Shown: one piece after another, positions 1 to 11,215 of the stretch
Layout: every line of letters starts with the position of its first letter
How positions within the stretch are numbered: position 1 is the first letter of the stretch
IMG/VR virus record: IMGVR_UViG_2737471845_000023
From: a virus
Taxonomy: Duplodnaviria > Heunggongvirae > Uroviricota > Caudoviricetes
Direction: 5' to 3' (one strand)
DNA: 12,872 nucleotides
The notes under the pieces: generated by a model
Seen by the model: only the letters and a program-made list of their open reading frames with translations
The model's database searches: none
What the model was told of the DNA's origin: nothing
Made by a program: the position numbers and the translations under genes

Positions 1-79
1 CGAATAGAGCGGAATACGCACATAGGCGGGTTCAAGCATCAGCGGCTCATTAAAAGCCATGCTGGCAATATGCGGGAGA

Positions 80-99
<20 letters not shown>
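1..99 (-). CDS. C: head protease/scaffold protein C, 5' end only (gene continues past the window start)
   Basis: Minus-strand ORF with GTG start at 97-99 preceded by SD GAGGAGGAGAAG. Start lies 20 nt inside the 3' end of the portal gene, the same overlap as lambda B/C. N-terminus (V/M)TAELRNLPHIASMAFNEPLM matches lambda gpC as I recall it. Confidence 0.8.
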
Positions 100-3780
<3,681 letters not shown>

Positions 3781-3806
<26 letters not shown>

Positions 3807-4326
3807 TCAGCAACCCCGGTATCAGTTCATCCAGCGCGGCTGCTTTGTTCATGGCTTTGATGATATCCCGTTTCAGGAAATCAACATGTCGGTTTTCCAG
3901 TTCCGGAAAACGCCGCTGCACCGACAGGGGGATCCCGTCGAGAATACTGGCAATTTCACCTGCGATCCGCGACAGCACGAAAGTACAGAATGCGGTTTCC
4001 ACCACTTCAGCGGAGTCTCTGGCATTTTTCAGCTCCTGTGCGTCGGCCTGCGCACGCGTAAGTCGATGGCGTTCGTACTCAATAGTCCCTGGCTGGAGAT
4101 CTGTCTCGCTGGCCTGCCGCAGTTCTTCAACTTCCCGGCGCAGCTTTTCGTTCTCAATTTCAGCATCCCTTTCGGCATACCATCTTATAACGGCGGCAGA
4201 GTCATAAAGCACCTCATTACCCTTGCCACCGCCTCGCAGAACGGGCATTCCCTGTTCCTGCCAGTTCTGAATGGTACGGATACTCGCACCGAAAATGTCA
4301 GCCAGCTGCTTTTTGTTGACTTCCAT
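3781..4326 (-). CDS. Nu1: terminase small subunit (lambda gpNu1), 181 aa
   Basis: 181-aa ORF MEVNKKQLADIFGASIRTIQNWQEQGMPVLRGGGKGNEVLYDSAAV... recognised as lambda Nu1 (winged-helix DNA-binding N-terminus); sits directly downstream of cos. Confidence 0.97.
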
Positions 4327-4560
4327 TGTTCATTCCACGGCCAAAAACAGAGAAAGGAAACGACAGAGGCCCAAAAGCTCGTTTTCAGCACCTGTCGTTT
4401 CCTTTCTTTTCAGGGGGTATTTTAAATAAAAACATTAAGTTACGACGAAGAAGAACGGAAATGCCTTAAACCGGAAAATTTTCATAAATAGCGAAAACCC
4501 GCGAGGTCGCCGCCCCGTAACCTGTCGGATCGCCGGAAAGGACCCGCAAAATGATAATAA
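4327..4560 (-). other. cos: lambda-type cos packaging site: cosB (Nu1-binding R1-R3 repeats), cosN (12-nt cohesive-end sequence at 4504-4515), cosQ-side flank
   Basis: Plus strand 4504-4515 reads AGGTCGCCGCCC, the reverse complement of the lambda left cohesive end GGGCGGCGACCT, with flanks cccgcg / cgtaacctgtcgg matching lambda. Three copies of the Nu1-binding motif CGTTTCC(T/G)TTCT lie between cosN and Nu1 (about 4347-4365 rev, 4394-4409 fwd, 4441-4460 rev). Confidence 0.9.
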
Positions 4561-4714
4561 TTATCATCTGCATGTCACAACGTGCATCTACGCCATCAAA
4601 CCACGTCAAATAATCAATTATGACGCAGATATCGTATTAATTGATCTGCATCAACTTAACGTAAAAACAACTTCAGACAATACAAATCAGCGACACTGAA
4701 TACGGGACAACCTC

Positions 4715-4948
4715 ATGTCAACGAAGAACAGAACCCGCAGAACAACAACCCGCAACATCCGCTTTCCTAACCAAATGATTGAACAAATTAACATCGCTCT
4801 TGAGCAAAAAGGGTCCGGGAATTTCTCAGCCTGGGTCATTGAAGCCTGCCGCCGGAGACTGTGCTCAGAAAAAAGAGTTTCTTCTGAAGCAAACAAAGAA
4901 AAGAGTGACATTACTGAATTGCTCAGAAAACAGGTCAGACCAGATTGA
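4715..4948 (+). CDS. small ribbon-helix-helix (Arc/MetJ/CopG-like) DNA-binding protein, 77 aa; probable YnfO-like cos-proximal ORF
   Basis: ATG ORF with Arg-rich N-terminus MSTKNRTRRTTTRNIRFP followed by a strand-helix-helix pattern (NIRFPNQMIEQINIALEQKG / NFSAWVIEACRRRL). An equivalent ORF is present at the lambda right end in the same position and orientation, as I recall it. SD is weak. Confidence 0.7.
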   Translation: MSTKNRTRRTTTRNIRFPNQMIEQINIALEQKGSGNFSAWVIEACRRRLCSEKRVSSEANKEKSDITELLRKQVRPD

Positions 4949-5005
4949 AGCAATTTAGATAATCGTGCAGACTACGCCCCCTCATATCACATGGAAGGTT
5001 TATCT

Positions 5006-5416
5006 ATGGATCAGGTAGTCATTTTTAAACAAATATTTGATAAAGTTCGAAACGATTTAAACTATCAATGGTTTTATTCTGAGCTAAAACGTCACAATGT
5101 CTCACATTACATTTACTATTTAGCCACAGAGAATGTTCATATTGTATTAAAAAATGATAATACAGTGTTATTAAAGGGCCTAAAAAACATTGTGTCTGTC
5201 AAATTTTCAAAGGATAGGCATCTTATAGAAACGACCTCTAATAAGCTGAAATCCAGAGAGATCACATTTCAGGAATACAGAAGAAACCTTGCTAAAGCAG
5301 GAGTTTTTCGGTGGGTTACAAATATCCACGAACAAAAAAGATATTACTATACCTTTGATAATTCATTACTATTTACTGAAAGCATCCAGAAAACTACACA
5401 GATCTTACCACGCTAA
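5006..5416 (+). CDS. ydfO: DUF1398-family protein YdfO-like, 136 aa (ORF-track start at 4991 is probably an N-terminal over-extension)
   Basis: [49 protein letters not shown]... recognised as Qin prophage YdfO. ATG at 5006 has GGAAGG about 8 nt upstream. AT-rich, low-GC moron-like composition. Confidence 0.85.
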
Positions 5417-5510
5417 ACCATAACGTCCGGCTTCTCTCACTCCTGAGCCGGACTGCATTGGTTTAATAAAAACCATCAACAATTGTGATTTAGATATTCG
5501 GAACCATTCA

Positions 5511-5540
5511 AATATAACAAAACCCCGTAAAAACGAGGTT
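5511..5540 (-). terminator. candidate intrinsic terminator downstream of gnsB
   Basis: Minus-strand RNA would form a 6-bp stem CCUCGU / ACGGGG (one G-U pair) with a U5 loop, followed by UUUUGUUAUAUUU. Confidence 0.45.
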
Positions 5541-5567
5541 TATGGATAAATTTTATTATTGAATACA

Positions 5568-5741
5568 TCAGATTAAATTAATCTTGACATCATAGCTTTC
5601 AAGACCCGTCATTTTTTCCCGTGCGGTAAACTGAATACTGGTAACTTCTTTCCCGGTCTTTTTCTTAAGTTCAATAATTTTTTTTGTTATATATTCAGAA
5701 ATATCTGCTTCTGCTTTTGTTTTTAAGTTTTCAATATTCAT
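5568..5741 (-). CDS. gnsB: GnsA/GnsB-family small protein, 57 aa
   Basis: ORF below the track cutoff, translated by hand: MNIENLKTKAEADISEYITKKIIELKKKTGKEVTSIQFTAREKMTGLESYDVKINLI. Matches E. coli GnsB (Qin) as I recall it. SD GAGGAA immediately upstream; an alternative ATG one codon upstream at 5744. Confidence 0.85.
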   Translation of the reverse strand: MNIENLKTKAEADISEYITKKIIELKKKTGKEVTSIQFTAREKMTGLESYDVKINLI

Positions 5742-5912
5742 CATTTCCTCTTTTAGTCTGTTATGACTTTCCAGTTACACAGTAAGTCGATTATATGGTG
5801 CAAACGTGTAAAAGATAAGATGAAACATCGCAATAATCAACATACGATAGTCTAAATTTTACACAAACAGACAAAGAAAATTTTCCTGAATTATCAATAC
5901 AATAGCATCAAA

Positions 5913-6143
5913 TCAACTCAAGAGCCTTATTGCTGCTTCCAGAATTTCTTCTGAAGTAACATGTCGATCCGCGGCTACATAAATGACTTTATGATCTCCG
6001 GTCAGAGATGGAAACCCTGCGGCCATTACAGTAAGGTGTGTTTTTTCGCCATTTGGATATTCACGCATGATGGTGTTAACTCCAGTCATCGCTGGCACTA
6101 CCACTGCAGGTTCTGAGTTAAAAAAAACTATGATTTTTTTCAT
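5913..6143 (-). CDS. small hypothetical protein, probably YnfN-like (76 aa from the ATG at 6143; a 51-aa version from the ATG at 6068 is also possible)
   Basis: ORF MKKIIVFFNSEPAVVVPAMTGVNTIMREYPNGEKTHLTVMAAGFPSLTGDHKVIYVAADRHVTSEEILEAAIRLLS. Position between gnsB and cspI matches ynfN in Qin, and the internal Met gives 51 aa, the size I recall for YnfN. No strong SD at either start. Confidence 0.6.
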   Translation of the reverse strand: MKKIIVFFNSEPAVVVPAMTGVNTIMREYPNGEKTHLTVMAAGFPSLTGDHKVIYVAADRHVTSEEILEAAIRLLS

Positions 6144-6185
6144 GATGTTACCGTAGTATGTGAGTATCCATCGAATAGATACCAA

Positions 6186-6208
6186 GCAAAAAAGCTCCCG
6201 AAGGAGCC
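6186..6208 (-). terminator. intrinsic terminator downstream of cspI (UUCG-tetraloop hairpin plus U-tract)
   Basis: Minus-strand RNA GGCUCC-UUCG-GGAGCU followed by UUUUUUGCUU. Confidence 0.6.
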
Positions 6209-6414
6209 TTCATTTTCACTTTTTTAAATCCAACGACAGACGGCTGGCATTTAAGTATTGTGAAATATTATCAAATGTAATCATCATTGATTTACAAAAG
6301 ATACATTTTGCCCCGAAAGGATTCATGTCAGAAACATCAAAAGATGATGTTCTATACTGGGAACCATGACAACACGGGCATCTAAAGTGAATATGGTTTG
6401 TAATATTGTCTACC

Positions 6415-6627
6415 TCAAAGCGCCACTACATGAACAGCGGCAGGACCTTTAGGTCCGTTCTCAATACCAAATTCAACTTCCTGATTCTCAGTTAATGTTT
6501 TGAAATCGTTGCTCTGAATTGCTGAGAAATGGACAAACACATCTTTGCTGCCATCTTTCGGCGTGATGAAACCAAAACCTTTTTCAGGGTTAAACCATTT
6601 CACTAAACCAGTCATTTTGTTAGACAT
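6415..6627 (-). CDS. cspI: cold-shock protein, CspA family (CspI), 70 aa
   Basis: [70 protein letters not shown] with the RNP1 motif KGFGFI and RNP2-like VFVHF; matches K-12 CspI as recalled. SD AAGGTAATAATTATG. Confidence 0.93.
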   Translation of the reverse strand: MSNKMTGLVKWFNPEKGFGFITPKDGSKDVFVHFSAIQSNDFKTLTENQEVEFGIENGPKGPAAVHVVAL

Positions 6628-6990
6628 AATTATTACCTTTTGAAGAAATTAGCCCTTGGGCAGAATGGTCCGAAAAAAAATATCAGAGAGAAAAACCAAC
6701 AAGGAAATCTCAAGAGGTACAAATAATAAAATTATAACAATGACTGCTTCAGATAAATTTGTAACAAACCAGAACACCATTAACGCATGATTAACCACCC
6801 ATAGCAAGGATTACTTTTGTAAAGAAAAACACAGCAATGAAAGAATAGCTTTATTTATTAATAATAACGTGTCATTCTGATTAAGACCTTTTATCTTACC
6901 CTTAAGATTTCAGGAATTTTGGCTCATGGAAGAGTCCTTTTTATTTAAATTTTACATTCCGCGATGTAAATGTTCCGATTTAATATTACC

Positions 6991-8014
<1,024 letters not shown>

Positions 8015-8018
<4 letters not shown>

Positions 8019-8326
8019 ATATATTTATGATGAGGACGCTCGTGCTTATTGGCAGGATTTTCAATCTTAAAGGAGTACTGATGCTGCAGATAAGACTCAA
8101 CTTTTTCTGACAATTTTTCTGCTACTTCCAGGAAGACTTGCCGGACGCTCCTTCTGGCTGCTGCCTCATAAAACTCCAGCGCAGCTCCTTCAACACGGTC
8201 CATGGCGACATCCAGGTCAAAAATTTCACCGTCAAAGCGTTCTTTGTCCTGTAAGGCTACAGTTACCGTAACTTTATTCTCAAAATTACGGACTCCTTTC
8301 ACAACCAGTTCATAGTCTTGAGTCAT
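8015..8326 (-). CDS. ydfR: DUF1327-family protein YdfR-like, 103 aa, encoded between holin and endolysin
   Basis: MTQDYELVVKGVRNFENKVTVTVALQDKERFDGEIFDLDVAMDRVEGAALEFYEAAARRS...; strong SD AGGAGAG; stop overlaps the endolysin start (ATGA). Same size and position as K-12 YdfR. Confidence 0.85.
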
Positions 8327-8330
8327 TGGA

Positions 8331-8546
8331 TTACTCTCCTCTCGCAGCCTTACGCCTGTCTTCTTTAATCTTGAAATAAAGATTTGTCAGATACGTCAGC
8401 AGGCCAAAAACCAGGCTACCCAGCACACCGATTGCAGCCCACTGTGACGGAGTTACTTTATCGAGTAACTGCAATGCCCAGAAACCAGCATTACCCGCCG
8501 ATGTGCCATAGGCAACACCTGTTGTTAACTTATCCATTGATTTCAT
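8331..8546 (-). CDS. essQ: class II pinholin (S21-like) with a dual-start motif, 71 aa (ORF-track start at 8621 is an over-extension)
   Basis: [71 protein letters not shown]: two TM segments, the first Gly/Ala-rich (SAR-like), and a charged C-terminus. SD GGGTGAGGAT before the ATG at 8546. Met1 and Met4 give the antiholin/holin dual start known for S21. Confidence 0.88.
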   Translation of the reverse strand: MKSMDKLTTGVAYGTSAGNAGFWALQLLDKVTPSQWAAIGVLGSLVFGLLTYLTNLYFKIKEDRRKAARGE

Positions 8547-8765
8547 ATCCTCACCCCGATGTACACGGATGGTGCAATATGTTTGAAAAGATCGGAGTCT
8601 ACGGGGTAGTTTTGACAGCACACGTTGTTCTCAACGGCGCTAAAAAAACATACACATTAAAAATGTGGGTAATTATTTTGAAAGAAAGTCATATATAAAA
8701 TAATAATACGAGAAATGTTTTCATATTTAGTGTACTGTATACGGCCATTTATACAGGAAAAGCCT

Positions 8766-8936
8766 ATGTCAGAACGTAAAAACTCAAAATCACGCCGTAA
8801 TTATCTCGTTAAATGTTCCTGCCCAAACTGCACCCAAGAGTCAGAACACAGTTTTTCAAGAGTACAAAAAGGTGCCCTTTTGATCTGCCCTCATTGCAAC
8901 AAAGTATTCCAGACAAATCTTAAAGCTGTAGCCTGA
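8766..8936 (+). CDS. small zinc-ribbon protein (CxxC...CxxC), 56 aa; possibly the Qin small protein YnfU
   Basis: MSERKNSKSRRNYLVKCSCPNCTQESEHSFSRVQKGALLICPHCNKVFQTNLKAVA with two CxxC pairs about 20 residues apart. SD AGGAAAA 7 nt before the ATG at 8766. On the strand opposite to the late operon. Confidence 0.55.
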   Translation: MSERKNSKSRRNYLVKCSCPNCTQESEHSFSRVQKGALLICPHCNKVFQTNLKAVA

Positions 8937-8990
8937 TTGATTTTATTAGTAACAAGTATTTTTTATATTTTAATAATATATTTAAAGCAG

Positions 8991-9016
8991 ATAATAAAAA
9001 ACCCGCCTGAGCGGGT
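8991..9016 (-). terminator. intrinsic terminator downstream of cspB (a weaker terminator for the plus strand as well)
   Basis: Stem ACCCGC-CTGA-GCGGGT at 9001-9016; on the minus strand it is followed by UUUUUUAUUAU; on the plus strand only UUUGAG follows. Confidence 0.6.
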
Positions 9017-9299
9017 TTGAGATTGTGGTGCTTTTTGTGGGAGTCATCCACTTACGCACTTTGTTTTGCCATGCCAGCAGTTAGCTTCTGCTGTAAAACT
9101 ATTCATGCAGCAAACCTGCACTTCACCACAATGGTTAGCATACTTTTCCTGATTAAGATTTTGCCAAATATGCTAGCCATTGTTTCATGTATTGGACCTC
9201 CTTACTTTTTATTAAAGAGATCCAATATTCACTACTCTGTCCGTATCTCTACTCAGGCATCAGCCTTCTTCGTTATCGTATACAGACGAGCGATGAATT

Positions 9300-9515
9300 T
9301 TAATCAGTAATGATGACATTTGCTGCTGCAGGACCTTTAGCACCACTCTCTATAGAGAAGGTAACCTTTTGACCTTCAAATAAGGTTCGATAATTATCAT
9401 TCTGAATCGCAGAAAAATGCACAAACACATCTTTACTACCATCAACAGGAGAAATAAAGCCGAAACCTTTATCAGCGTTAAACCATTTTACTAAACCAGT
9501 CATTTTATTTGACAT
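9300..9515 (-). CDS. cspB: cold-shock protein, CspA family (CspB), 71 aa
   Basis: [71 protein letters not shown]; matches K-12 CspB as recalled. SD AAGGAA. Confidence 0.93.
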   Translation of the reverse strand: MSNKMTGLVKWFNADKGFGFISPVDGSKDVFVHFSAIQNDNYRTLFEGQKVTFSIESGAKGPAAANVIITD

Positions 9516-9815
9516 TCTACATTCCTTAACTTGAGCCTTTCGGCATAAATGGTTTGCATAACAGAAACGACTTCGTACTTAATTGGAGAGACTCAAAGAA
9601 GGAATAAGTGAATAACACCTGAAATGAGAACTGCTTTAGTAAACTACTTCGTATATCGTCTGTTCTTCAAACCGACGCAATCATTAACGCATAGTTGAAC
9701 ATATGAAGCAATGTTTATTTTAGACATCCAGCCATCTTCAACCCCATCAAAAAACTATAGCTTTCTTCAGGAACGTGTGTATAGTGCGCCAAGTTATCAG
9801 TATTAAGGAATTTTT

Positions 9816-10028
9816 TTGTCCCGTAAAATGACAGGAATTGTCAAAACCTTTGACGGCAAAAGCGGCAAGGGTCTTATCACCCCATCCGATGGTCGTATCG
9901 ATGTCCAGCTTCATGTCTCAGCGCTCAATCTCCGCGATGCAGAAGAAATTACCACCGGATTACGCGTGGAATTTTGCCGGATAAATGGTCTGCGTGGCCC
10001 TTCAGCTGCCAATGTTTACCTTTCATGA
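9816..10028 (+). CDS. cspF: CspF/CspH-type divergent cold-shock-domain protein, 70 aa, TTG start
   Basis: [70 protein letters not shown]: cold-shock-domain fold with a degenerate RNP1 motif, as in CspF/CspH. TTG at 9816 with AAGGAA 7 nt upstream. Divergent from cspB as in Qin. I cannot separate CspF from CspH by memory. Confidence 0.85.
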
Positions 10029-10082
10029 GCTATATTAAAGCTTTAATTTCAGGCCCCATCGGATCACACATGGAGAGTTTTT

Positions 10083-10172
10083 ATGAATAACCCCGTCTGT
10101 CTTGATGACTGGTTGATTGGCTTTAAAAGCTTATGCTGTACTTTGGCCGTAATAGCTCTGCTAATAATATAA
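10083..10172 (+). CDS. candidate 29-aa hydrophobic small protein (unannotated)
   Basis: ATG at 10083 preceded by GGAGAG at 5-nt spacing; [29 protein letters not shown] with one predicted TM segment; followed by the bidirectional terminator at 10321-10354. Below the ORF-track cutoff. Prediction only. Confidence 0.3.
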
Positions 10173-10317
10173 TAAGCAGACTCATTGTGTTTAGGGACAT
10201 TGTACTGGAAGAAAACATTTTAAACATCAGGCAAATAACCAAGTCACCAGCTAAATAATAAGTTAACAGACATGAGTCCCGGGATGAGATTCAACATTAC
10301 CATTGCCCCATTTAAAG

Positions 10318-10354
10318 CACAAAACCCGCTCATCAGCGGGTTTTCTACTTTTTC
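10318..10354. terminator. bidirectional intrinsic terminator: tR' for the short pR' leader on the minus strand and the terminator for cspF-side transcripts on the plus strand
   Basis: Stem CCCGCT-CATC-AGCGGG at 10325-10340, flanked by TTTTCTACTTTTTC on the plus strand and by UUUUGUGCUUU on the minus strand. Confidence 0.7.
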
Positions 10355-10376
10355 TTAACGTCGGGTATACAAAGCC

Positions 10377-10418
10377 CATCGTTGAAAAAATTTTATCCAT
10401 ATTTTTTGAAAAATGCAA
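10377..10418 (-). promoter_or_regulatory. late promoter pR' with a sigma70-dependent promoter-proximal pause element (Q engagement region)
   Basis: On the minus strand, 32 nt after the Q stop: TTGCAT (-35), 17-nt spacer, TAAAAT (-10), then ttttttC-AACGAT-GGG. The -10-like AACGAT just after the predicted start and the CAACGATGGG string match the lambda pR' initial transcribed region as I recall it. tR' follows about 60 nt downstream. Confidence 0.7.
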
Positions 10419-10449
10419 ACATCATGTCGCCATCTTCAGCAAAAATCAT

Positions 10450-11202
10450 TTATCTCGTCACCTTCCTCAATTGCGCTTCCGCGTATGCTTCTTCCTGCCA
10501 GCACTTTGTTACCAGTTTACCAATGACGTCCGCATACCCCTTATACCACTGATAATCGGTCAGGTCTGGTACCAGCTTCTGGACATGACGTCGTGCCAGC
10601 GTGGTCGGTAAACGACTAAACCGGTTTCCATTACAACGCCCACAAATCTTATATACCGGTACGCCATGAAACCGGGTTCTTTTTTCATCCAGAACAATCC
10701 CTTTACCCTTACACCCTCTGCACGCTGTGCTGGCTTCGCCCTTACCATGGCAATGCTGACATAGTTCCTTCACCCATTCTTCCTTGATTACAGATTCCCC
10801 GCGTCTGTAGTGTTTCACCACTTCGCGCAATACATTATAAAATCCCGTACCTGAACAATGCTCACAGCGAGCCTTACTTGCCGCAGACCTGGAGTAATCA
10901 GCAAAGGCAAAACTCACGAGGTAAGGAATAATCTGTAACCGGATTTCTTCACTCAATTTGTTCAATGTCGGGTTATCCAGTGCCATCGCGTAATTTAGCA
11001 GGCCTTCAATCGCAAACTGAGGGTCCTGAACACCAACTTTTGCCAGAAATAAGGCCAACCCAAGTGGTGCTTTCGACTGCACCATCCCCTGCGCTGCCAT
11101 TACATCCGTAATTGTTAAACAACCGGTGCCTGTCGCTGGAGCGTCATCGCTCAATTTTGGAGATTTTGGGGAGTAATATTTTGGTAAGGCTTCAAGGTTC
11201 AT
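10450..11202 (-). CDS. quuQ: late-gene antiterminator Q (phage 82/21 QuuQ type, multiple CxxC zinc motifs), 250 aa
   Basis: MNLEALPKYYSPKSPKLSDD...CEHCSGTGF...CQHCHGKGEASTACRGCKGKG...CGRCNGNRF. SD GGAGAA before the ATG at 11202; the ORF-track start at 11232 adds 10 residues. Sits immediately upstream of pR' and downstream of ydfU, as in Qin. Confidence 0.88.
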   Translation of the reverse strand: MNLEALPKYYSPKSPKLSDDAPATGTGCLTITDVMAAQGMVQSKAPLGLALFLAKVGVQDPQFAIEGLLNYAMALDNPTLNKLSEEIRLQIIPYLVSFAFADYSRSAASKARCEHCSGTGFYNVLREVVKHYRRGESVIKEEWVKELCQHCHGKGEASTACRGCKGKGIVLDEKRTRFHGVPVYKICGRCNGNRFSRLPTTLARRHVQKLVPDLTDYQWYKGYADVIGKLVTKCWQEEAYAEAQLRKVTR

Positions 11203-11215
11203 GCTCGTTCTCCAC

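Noticed and set aside
3845-4425. Plus-strand ORFs 3845-4207 and 3886-4425 and minus-strand ORF 4185-4391 overlapping Nu1 and cosB
   Set aside because: They overlap the Nu1 gene and the cos R-sites; 3886-4425 runs across the Nu1 start and the Nu1-binding repeats. No independent support.
4687-4953. Minus-strand 88-aa ORF overlapping the RHH gene
   Set aside because: The plus-strand frame gives a recognisable ribbon-helix-helix sequence and a lambda-conserved ORF; the minus frame is hydrophobic, low-complexity and has no SD.
5425-5453. Perfect 8-bp inverted repeat GTCCGGCT-N13-AGCCGGAC just after ydfO, considered as the ydfO terminator
   Set aside because: No U-tract follows on either strand, so it is not a convincing intrinsic terminator; it may be a stabilising 3' hairpin or a protein-binding site. 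Left out of the feature list.
6160-6369. Plus-strand 69-aa ORF between the ynfN-like gene and cspI
   Set aside because: It runs through the minus-strand terminator hairpin, has no SD and no recognisable motif; likely a chance ORF in AT-rich intergenic DNA.
6628-6990. Candidate cspI promoter (extended -10 TGTTATAAT at about 6731-6739 on the minus strand) and long 5' UTR
   Set aside because: Plausible, and the ATGCGTTAATG string is shared with the cspB upstream region, but I could not identify a convincing -35 or cold-box element; too uncertain to list as a feature.
8384-8698. Plus-strand 104-aa ORF antisense to the holin
   Set aside because: Overlaps the holin gene in antisense and extends through its SD; no independent support.
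9017-9310. Plus-strand 97-aa ORF between the cspB terminator and cspB
   Set aside because: Begins inside the terminator hairpin, is AT-rich with hydrophobic low-complexity translation and no SD; lies antisense to the cspB 3' region.
10272-10358. 28-aa plus-strand ORF (MSPGMRFNITIAPFKAQNPLISGFSTFS) running through the tR' hairpin
   Set aside because: No SD, and the frame is read through a terminator stem; almost certainly non-coding.
10303-10748. Plus-strand ORF 10303-10611 and minus-strand ORF 10560-10748 overlapping Q and pR'
   Set aside because: They overlap the Q coding region and the promoter/terminator; the Q frame is supported by zinc-finger motifs and synteny.
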